DNA of 53,529 nucleotides from Pirellulales bacterium (GTDB lineage: Bacteria > Planctomycetota > Planctomycetia > Pirellulales > UBA1268): NCBI GenBank assembly GCA_044336925.1, contig JBIIOM010000001.1, positions 1-53,529 of the forward strand. The letters run 5' to 3'. Shown here piece by piece: positions 36,088-43,174 of this stretch. Position numbers and translations under genes: made by a program. How positions within the stretch are numbered: position 1 is the first letter of the stretch; each line of letters starts with the position of its first letter. Under the pieces are notes generated by a model that was not told the DNA's origin, made no database searches, and saw nothing but the letters and a program-made list of their open reading frames with translations.

Positions 36088-38154
36088 TCATGGTGAGGCG
36101 GCGAGGCCGACCAAGGCCAGCATGGCGGCCGGCGGCTTCCCGCCGAGCCGCACGAACGCCTCGATGTCGGCCCGCGCCTCGGCCGTGCGGCCGGCGCGGA
36201 TCAGGAGAACGGCTCGATTGTAATGGGCATCACGGAAGGTTGGATCGGCCGCGAGCGCCGCTGTAAAGTCCGCGATGGCTGCCGCGGGCTGGCCCATTTC
36301 CGCGTGCAGCCCGCCACGGTTATAGACCGCCTCGGCGTCTTTGGGGTCGCAGGCAACGGCCCGATCGAAGGCCTCCAGGGCGGCGGCCCGATCGCCCCGG
36401 TCCTGCCGGGCGATGCCAAGGTGATCCCACCCCTTGGCGTATTTCGGATCGACCTCGACGGATCGGGCGAACGACCGCTCGGCATCGTCACGCCGACCGA
36501 GATCAAGCAGCACGTTGCCGCGGTTGAGCCAGGCGGGGGCGATCTGGTCGTCGAGGGCGAGGGCCCGGTCGAGATCGGCGAGGGCCTCTGGCGACCGGCC
36601 GAGTTTCCAGAGCACGTAGCCGCGGTCGGCATGCGTGGCTGCGTCGTCGGGCGTGAATTCCAGCACGGCGTCGATCGCGGCGAGGGCCTCGGGATAACGG
36701 CCCTGGGACTTTGCGAGCGAACCGACGTTGACGCTATGCACCTTTGGATAGCGGCCTGTCTCCGCCACCCGGGCCAAGAGCCGCTCCGCCTCCGCGAGCG
36801 ACGCGGGATCCTTCTTCGCGATCAGCTGGGCCGCGAGGTTGATCATCGCCCGCTCGTTCCGCGGCTCAGCCGCAAGGGCCTTCCGCCACAGAATCTCGGG
36901 CGTGACGAACTCACGATTGCGGGCCGCCGTCGAGAGGCCGAGTGCGAGGGCGACAGCGGTGGCGGCCAGGCCGCAGAACCGCGGCGAGAGCGCGAGCCGC
37001 TCCCGGGCGACGACCCAGGCCGCCGCCACGGCGGGCACGATCAGGCAGGCGCTCGCCAGATACGCCCGATGCTCCGCGATCGTCTGCGTCTTGACCGGGA
37101 CCACGGACGACGTTGGCCCCAAAAGCACGAAGAAGAGAAAGGGGCCGAGAAAGGCGATCGGGAACTTCGCGTAGCCGTAGACGACGCCGCCAAACACCGC
37201 TGCCGTGAGCAGGAGCCAGCCCCCCGACTCGGCCAGCCCCGACGAGAGAAAATCGCCGTAGTCGAAGACGAGCCCCTGCGGCCACACGATCCGCGCGAAG
37301 TAGAGCCAGATCGCCTTCGCCTGCGTGAGCAGGTAAAGCCAGGGAGAGGCCGAGTCGAGCCCGGCCGACGAGCCGCGGCCGCCAAGCGCCGTGAGCATGA
37401 GAGCGACACTCGGCCACGAGGCTGCCGCCGCGAGGTGCCACGGCCAATGCCGAAGCGTGCCCCGCCAGGATCCGGCGATGAGCGCTCGATCGACGAGCAG
37501 CGTGACCAGCGGGATCGCCACGCTCGTCTCCTTCGCGGTGCCTGCGAGGGCGGAGAGCAGGGCGACGAGGGGCAGGGCCCATGTCTTGCGGCCGGCGTCG
37601 GCCGCGAGGATCCCCCGCACGCAGACGAGCAACGCCGCGAGGGTCATGAACGCCCCGAGCGATTCGGCCCTCTGGATGACGTAGGTCACCGCAGCGGTGC
37701 CGAGCGGATGCACCGCCCACAGAACCACCGCGGCGAACGCGATCTCCCCGGCCCGGTCGCGGACGGCTGCCGGCACCGCGGGACGCGCGAGCAGCTCGCG
37801 AGTGAGCGCGAGAAGCAGCAGGGCGTTGCCGCAGTTAATCAGAATGTTCACCACGCGGAACCCGATTGGCGCGGTTCCCGTGACCGCACGATTGACCGCG
37901 AGCGAGACATTGAGAAGCGGCCGGCCGTCGATCGTCCTCCCCTCGCCGTGCTCGTAGACGAGGACGGGCCAGAGCGGCCAGAGCGAGCGAATCGAGCGAT
38001 TGGCCGTGACACTCGAGGCATCGTCCATGATGAACGGCGCCCTGAGGCCGCTCGCGTAGGCCAGCCAGACCGCCGCGACGAGCGTGAGAGCGGCCAGAAG
38101 GCCGCTCTGAAGCCCAAAAAAGTTCGGCGGTTTTTCCAGCGCGTTTTCGGCCAT
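36088..38154 (-). CDS. TMTC-like GT-C membrane protein with long C-terminal TPR domain (paralogue T6)
   Basis: ATG at 38154. Motifs: APFIMDDASSVTAN, GFRVVNILINCGN, VHPLGTAAVTYVIQRAES, TAKE, LGPTSSVVPVKTQTIAEHRAYLA. About 7 C-terminal TPRs. Confidence 0.8.
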   Translation of the reverse strand: MAENALEKPPNFFGLQSGLLAALTLVAAVWLAYASGLRAPFIMDDASSVTANRSIRSLWPLWPVLVYEHGEGRTIDGRPLLNVSLAVNRAVTGTAPIGFRVVNILINCGNALLLLALTRELLARPAVPAAVRDRAGEIAFAAVVLWAVHPLGTAAVTYVIQRAESLGAFMTLAALLVCVRGILAADAGRKTWALPLVALLSALAGTAKETSVAIPLVTLLVDRALIAGSWRGTLRHWPWHLAAAASWPSVALMLTALGGRGSSAGLDSASPWLYLLTQAKAIWLYFARIVWPQGLVFDYGDFLSSGLAESGGWLLLTAAVFGGVVYGYAKFPIAFLGPFLFFVLLGPTSSVVPVKTQTIAEHRAYLASACLIVPAVAAAWVVARERLALSPRFCGLAATAVALALGLSTAARNREFVTPEILWRKALAAEPRNERAMINLAAQLIAKKDPASLAEAERLLARVAETGRYPKVHSVNVGSLAKSQGRYPEALAAIDAVLEFTPDDAATHADRGYVLWKLGRSPEALADLDRALALDDQIAPAWLNRGNVLLDLGRRDDAERSFARSVEVDPKYAKGWDHLGIARQDRGDRAAALEAFDRAVACDPKDAEAVYNRGGLHAEMGQPAAAIADFTAALAADPTFRDAHYNRAVLLIRAGRTAEARADIEAFVRLGGKPPAAMLALVGLAASP

Positions 38155-38286
38155 GACCCGAGAATATCAGCCGCATCGGAAGCCGCTTTTGTGAGGAAAC
38201 CGTGAGGGCGAGGAAGTCCGCGGCTGCTCGTTTACACTCCGAGAAAGAGTCGATCGCCCCCCGCACCTCCTCCCCTCGACCGACCC

Positions 38287-41200
38287 ATGCCCCGCCTGCC
38301 AGTCGCGGTCTTCATGATCCTGCCGGCCTGCTTGCTGCTCGCGCCGGGCCAGTCCGCCGAGCCGACTCGGGCCGCAGAGCCGGCGCCGTCCAAGCCGCTC
38401 GCCGGCGTAGAACGCGACGTGCGGGTGCAGCAGTATCTCGAAAGCGCGCAGCGGAAGCGGGAGGCGGGCGACTTCGAGCAGGCTCTCAGCGACCTGCGGG
38501 CCGCCAACGCGCTCGTGAAGAAGACGCGGGGCGACGGTCACCCCGACCAACTGCCGCTCCTCGACCTTGCCGCGGAGATACTCGTCGAAAACGACAAGAT
38601 GCAGGATGCGGAGGGGCCGCTGCAGAAGGCCGTGGCCCTGCGGGAGTCGCTCGCCCGCGAGGGGCAGTCGAGCCAGGAGGTGCCGCTGGCGGCCTCGCTC
38701 CTTCTGCTCGGCAAGGTGCATGCCGCGCTCGGCAAATACGAGAGCGTGGTGGACATGCTCAAGAAGGCCGTCCGCATGCTCGACACATCGCTCGGGCCGG
38801 AACACGAAAAGACGTTTCAAGCCCGCCGAGAGCTTGCCCGCTCGGTGGAGATCTTCGAGGAGACGCTCGGGCCTGAGCACCCGGCGACCCTCAAGGCGCT
38901 CGAAGAGCTCGACGAAGTGCAGGCGGCGCTCGGCGACTGGACCGGAGCCGCCGCCAATGCCCGCAAGATCATCGGAGTGAAACAGGCACAGCTCGGCGCG
39001 GCGAACCCGGAGACGCTCGACGCGGTGATGACGCTCACCGATCTGATCGCGCACGGCGGTGCGGCCGATGAAGCGATCACGATCCAGGCCGAAGCGATCG
39101 CCGCCGCCGAAGCGGCCGAAGTATCGCCGGCGGTGCTCGTGCCGTCGCTGCGGCATCTCGCGGCCCTGCACCTGGCCAACGAGGACTACTCGCCGGCCAT
39201 CGATGCCTACACGCGGGCCCGCGATCTCGCCGCGGCCCACCTCGGTGCCGACGGGGCCGAGCCGCTCATCGATCGGCTGCATCTCGTGGACGTGGCGCAG
39301 AAGCGGGGCGACGACGATCCGTGGGACGCGGGCTTCGAGGGCATCGTCGCCCGGCTGCGGGAGCTCGCCGGCCAGGACGACCCGCGGGCGGCCGAGGGGC
39401 TCAGGCTCGCGGCCGACGCCCTCCTCGCCGCCGACTCCTTCGACCGGGCGAGCGAACTCTACCGCGAGGCGCTCGCGCTCGACGAACGGCTGCTCGGTCC
39501 GGCGCACGTGGACGTGGCGTCCGACCAGACGGGCCTCGGCCGCTGTCTCGTGGGCAATGGCGACACGAAGGCGGCGGAGTCGCTTTTGCGGACGGCGCTC
39601 CAGACGATGCAGCGCGAGCACGGGCCGGCGCACGCGGCCACGCTCGAGGTGCTCGCCCGGCTCGCGGAGTGCGCCGTGCGGGCGGGCGACGCCAAGACCG
39701 CGGAACAATGCGTGGCGCAGATCCTCGAGCGGCGGGTGCCGCGGCAGGGCGCGCACGCCGAGGAGGACTTCTGCCGCCTCGTCGATGCCGCGGCCGCGCT
39801 CTGCGAAAAGGCCGGAGATGCCGCCAAGGGGGGCGCGATCCGCGACCAACTCGTCGCCATCCGGAGGGCGCAATTCGGCGAGTCGCACGAGCACGTCGCC
39901 GACGTTCTCGTCACCATGGCCAACGCCCGGCAGGCGGTCCGCGACTACCCCGCCGCGACGGCGATGTACGAGGCGGGGATCGCCATCTACGAGGCCGCCT
40001 TGGGCGCCGAGCACCCCGACATCGCCGGGGCGCTGTTGCCGCTCTCCCGCACCTACCGGGCGATCGGGAAGAACCCGGAGGCGGAGCTGGCCCTGCGGCG
40101 GGCGCTCGGCATCTGGGAGGCGACCGTTGGCCCCGAGCATGAAGTGACGCTCGCGACCATGAAACCGTTGGCGATCGTGCTCCTCGCGCTCGGCCGCGAG
40201 GCGGAGGCGATTCCGCTGATGGAGCGGCTGCTGGCCGGTCTCGACGCCGATCCATCAGCCGACCGGATGGAAATGGTGAAGCTGCTCACGAAACTCGCCG
40301 AGGTGCGGGAGGCGATCGGCGAGGCCGACGCCGCCCGCCGGGACCTCCGCCGGGCGATCGAAATCGAGATGCGGTTGGCCGACACCGACCAGGCCGGCTC
40401 GGCGACTGACCTGGCCGACATCGCCAAGCTCCAGCAGCTCCTCGGCGATGATGAGGCCGCCGCCGAGAACCTCGCGCGGGCCCGTGACATGGCGGCCAAG
40501 CTTCCCGACGCGAAGGATCAGATCGCGAAGATCGAGGCCACGGCCAAGCCCGCCCGCAAGCCGGTGGCCGCCGCTCCGGCCACCGACAAGCCGGCCCCGC
40601 CGCCGACGGTGTCGAGCGCCGCCGTGATCGCCGCGGCGAAGAGCAAGTATCGGCTCGGCAAGCGGAGCGAGGCCCGCGGCATGCTCGAGAAGGCTCTCGG
40701 CGATCTTCGGGCAGGAACGGATCGTGATCTCGACCGCGCCGACCTGCTCGTGACGCTGGCCGACATGCGGCAGCGGACGACCGACTACGACGCGGCGGCC
40801 GTGCTCTACGAGGAGGCGCAAAAAATCGCCATCGAGCGCGGCGGCTCGAGTTCGCCGCGGGCGCTCGTCATCGCCCTGCGGCTGCTCGGCATTCGCCAGG
40901 CCCAGGGGCAGGCTCCGGTGGCGACGAGCCTCGTGGATGACGTCGAAAAGAGTGCGCAACAGGTTTTTGCCGGTGGGCCCTCGGCCGAGTCGATGGACGA
41001 AGTGCGTGAGGCGGTGCGCCGGGCCGAGGCCGTGTCGCTCGCCGCGGGCGACCGCAAGAGCGCCCGCCGGCTTCTCGAGATCGGCCTCGCCCTCGCCGGC
41101 CGGCCCGATCGCCGTTCGGCCCTCGCGGCGCTCGACACGCTCGCGGTGCTCCTGGCGAGCGGCAGGTCGTCATCGGCCGTCGCCCTCCGCACGCGGCTCC

Positions 41201-42993
41201 TCGATGCGGAGATGCTCAATGCCCGCCGCGACGACCCGCTCTCCGCGCGGTTCATCCTCCACCGCGGCATCGCCGCCGAACAGGCGGGGGATCTCCCGAC
41301 CGCCGAACGCGACTATCGCCAGGCGCTCGCGCTCGACGAGGCGACGCAGGGCCGCGATCACCCGTTCGTGGCGGTCGATCTCCTGCGGCTGGCGGCGGTG
41401 CGGGAGCTGGCCGGGGATCGCGCCGGTGCGACCGAGGCCCGTGGCCGGGCCGTGGCGATCGCCGAGCAGGCCGGCCGCGCGGCGACCAGCGATGTGGCGG
41501 CCGATCTGCGCACGCTGGCCGTGGCGCTCGGCACAGCCGGCGAGACCGACGCCGCCACGAAGCTGATCAAGGCCGCCGTCGATGCCCAGCTCAAGAGCGA
41601 CGGCGCGAAGTCGATCGACGTCGCCCGCTTGCTCGCCGATTCGGCCGACATCTTCAAGAGACGCGGCAACGCCGCGCGGGCCTCGGAACTGCTCACCGAG
41701 GCGATGGCCATCGCCGACGCGGTGGTCGGATCTGGCCATCACGAAACCCTCGCGCTGGCCGCGAAGCTGGAACAGTTGAAGCGGTTTGGCGCCACCGACC
41801 AGATTGCCACGCGGACGTCGGTGCCGCTGGCCGCGGCGGATGCGGCACGGCCAGCCGCGGCGGGGCCGGCGGCGACGCAAGCCGCCTCGGCGATGCCGCC
41901 GTCACCAGCCGTTGCCGTCGCTCCGGTCTCCGCAGCCGCGCCCCGCGATCCCGAGATCGACGCGGCACTGGCGGCAATCGCCGCCGATGTGGCGGCAGGG
42001 CGACTGCCCGCCGCGTTGCAGCAGTTCAAGGATCTCGGCCAGCAGGTGTGGAAGACGCACGGCGTCGATGATCCGCGGGTGGCGCAGGTGGCCGTGCCGT
42101 ACGTGCACTTCCTCGTCGAGCACGGAGAACTGCGCAAGGCCCGCGCGATCGTCGATCGTGCCGTCGCCGCGCGGACGAAGTCGCCGGGTCCCACCCATCC
42201 CGACACGGCCGAGACCGTGCTCGCTGCCGTCGCGGTGGACGTCGCCGCCGGAAAGATCGACGAGGCCTGGGCCAACTACGGCCTGGCACGAGCGACCCTC
42301 ATGGCCGCCGGCGCGAACGTCGATCGCGCGGCGATCGTGCAGTCGTTCGTCGCGAGAGCGTGCGAGCTTGGCGACGTGGCGACGGCGATCGATGCCGCTG
42401 AACGGTTTCTCGACGGCCGATCCTCGGCCGTGGCGGCGGCGGAGGCCACGGCCGTCCGGGCGACCCTCTGCGAAGCTCTGCTCGCTGCCGGGATTGCCGA
42501 TCGAGCCGTGGCCGTGGCCCGTGAATGCGTGCCGCAACGGGCGGCCGATGCGACGGTTGACGCAGAGTCTGTGCCCGCCCTTGCCCGCCTCGCCCACGTT
42601 GAACAGGCCGCGGGGCTCTCGGAATGGACTCGCACCGCCGCCGCCGCCGAGGCGGCGCTCGCGCCGGCACTCGATGCCGCTTCCCCTGAGCAGTGCGCCC
42701 CGGGGCTGATCCGGGCCGGCCGCGAGCTTGCCCGCACCCACGCCCGCGCCGGAGACCTGGCCGGGGGACTTTCGCTGGCCGAGCACACTGCAGCCGCTGC
42801 GGCGCGCGGATTGCCCGAGCGGCACACGGAGCGGCTACTGGCGGAACGGGTGCTGGCCGAACTGCTGCTCGAATCGGGGAGCGCCGACCGGGCCGCAGCG
42901 CTGCTGGAGACCGCACGCGGGCAGTCGATCGACTTCGACGTCCGCGAGGCGGTGTTACGGCACTTCGCCACCGCCGCGACACTGCCGCTCTGA
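38287..42993 (+). CDS. giant exported TPR_10/TPR_12-type repeat protein (1568 aa)
   Basis: ATG at 38287. Signal-peptide-like N-terminus MPRLPVAVFMILPACLLLAPGQSAEP. The rest is dozens of roughly 42-aa TPR_12-like repeats (for example HPDTAETVLAAVAVDVAAGKIDEAW). The only break is an Ala/Pro/Lys-rich linker around AKPARKPVAAAPATDKPAPPP. Confidence 0.8.
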   Translation: MPRLPVAVFMILPACLLLAPGQSAEPTRAAEPAPSKPLAGVERDVRVQQYLESAQRKREAGDFEQALSDLRAANALVKKTRGDGHPDQLPLLDLAAEILVENDKMQDAEGPLQKAVALRESLAREGQSSQEVPLAASLLLLGKVHAALGKYESVVDMLKKAVRMLDTSLGPEHEKTFQARRELARSVEIFEETLGPEHPATLKALEELDEVQAALGDWTGAAANARKIIGVKQAQLGAANPETLDAVMTLTDLIAHGGAADEAITIQAEAIAAAEAAEVSPAVLVPSLRHLAALHLANEDYSPAIDAYTRARDLAAAHLGADGAEPLIDRLHLVDVAQKRGDDDPWDAGFEGIVARLRELAGQDDPRAAEGLRLAADALLAADSFDRASELYREALALDERLLGPAHVDVASDQTGLGRCLVGNGDTKAAESLLRTALQTMQREHGPAHAATLEVLARLAECAVRAGDAKTAEQCVAQILERRVPRQGAHAEEDFCRLVDAAAALCEKAGDAAKGGAIRDQLVAIRRAQFGESHEHVADVLVTMANARQAVRDYPAATAMYEAGIAIYEAALGAEHPDIAGALLPLSRTYRAIGKNPEAELALRRALGIWEATVGPEHEVTLATMKPLAIVLLALGREAEAIPLMERLLAGLDADPSADRMEMVKLLTKLAEVREAIGEADAARRDLRRAIEIEMRLADTDQAGSATDLADIAKLQQLLGDDEAAAENLARARDMAAKLPDAKDQIAKIEATAKPARKPVAAAPATDKPAPPPTVSSAAVIAAAKSKYRLGKRSEARGMLEKALGDLRAGTDRDLDRADLLVTLADMRQRTTDYDAAAVLYEEAQKIAIERGGSSSPRALVIALRLLGIRQAQGQAPVATSLVDDVEKSAQQVFAGGPSAESMDEVREAVRRAEAVSLAAGDRKSARRLLEIGLALAGRPDRRSALAALDTLAVLLASGRSSSAVALRTRLLDAEMLNARRDDPLSARFILHRGIAAEQAGDLPTAERDYRQALALDEATQGRDHPFVAVDLLRLAAVRELAGDRAGATEARGRAVAIAEQAGRAATSDVAADLRTLAVALGTAGETDAATKLIKAAVDAQLKSDGAKSIDVARLLADSADIFKRRGNAARASELLTEAMAIADAVVGSGHHETLALAAKLEQLKRFGATDQIATRTSVPLAAADAARPAAAGPAATQAASAMPPSPAVAVAPVSAAAPRDPEIDAALAAIAADVAAGRLPAALQQFKDLGQQVWKTHGVDDPRVAQVAVPYVHFLVEHGELRKARAIVDRAVAARTKSPGPTHPDTAETVLAAVAVDVAAGKIDEAWANYGLARATLMAAGANVDRAAIVQSFVARACELGDVATAIDAAERFLDGRSSAVAAAEATAVRATLCEALLAAGIADRAVAVARECVPQRAADATVDAESVPALARLAHVEQAAGLSEWTRTAAAAEAALAPALDAASPEQCAPGLIRAGRELARTHARAGDLAGGLSLAEHTAAAAARGLPERHTERLLAERVLAELLLESGSADRAAALLETARGQSIDFDVREAVLRHFATAATLPL

Positions 42994-43004
42994 TGCCCCG
43001 CCCA

Positions 43005-43138
43005 GTAGGCCGGCCTTCAGGCTGCCGAATGCAAAAAGTGGGGTAGCCTTCAGGCTGCCGCATGCAAAAGTAGGGTAGCCTTCAGGCTGCCGAATGCAAA
43101 AGTAGGGTAGCCTTCAGGCTGCCGAATGCGGGGTGGTG
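43005..43138. repeat. tandem 32-bp direct repeats (about 4 copies)
   Basis: The unit GTAGCCTTCAGGCTGCCGAATGCAAAAGTAGG occupies 43043-43074 (1 mismatch) and 43075-43106. A longer variant is at 43005-43042 and a truncated copy starts at 43107. Copies are contiguous with no spacers. Confidence 0.9.
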
Positions 43139-43174
43139 TAACTCACGTATTCGGCAGGCTGAAGCCTACCCTAC
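43102..43174. terminator. long imperfect hairpin between convergent genes (candidate bidirectional terminator / REP-like element)
   Basis: 29-nt arms at 43102-43130 and 43146-43174 match at 26 of 29 positions, with a 15-nt loop. The 3' arm contains the TAG stop (43171-43173) of the minus-strand gene. Confidence 0.6.

Noticed and set aside
38155-38286. Divergent promoter region between T6 and the giant TPR gene, scanned for -35/-10 boxes or operator palindromes. The 48203-48486 region was scanned in the same way.
   Set aside because: There were no convincing sigma-70-like hexamers and no extended palindromes, only a short CGACAG-N5-CTGTCG at about 48355-48371. Planctomycete promoter consensus is poorly defined, so I made no call.
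38167-40140. A 657-aa ORF antisense to the giant TPR gene. Many other 100-550-aa ORFs of the same kind occur across the track, for example 213-1622(-), 500-1915(+), 33774-35357(+), 36223-38205(+), 46553-48346(+), 47247-48749(+) and 49668-50795(-).
   Set aside because: All are Arg/Pro/Gly/Ala-rich and lack recognisable domains. Each overlaps a frame with strong family motifs and high GC3, so I treat them as off-frame artefacts.
43005-43138. The tandem 32-bp repeats considered as a possible CRISPR array.
   Set aside because: The repeats are directly abutting with no unique spacers. There are only about 4 copies and no cas genes in the window.
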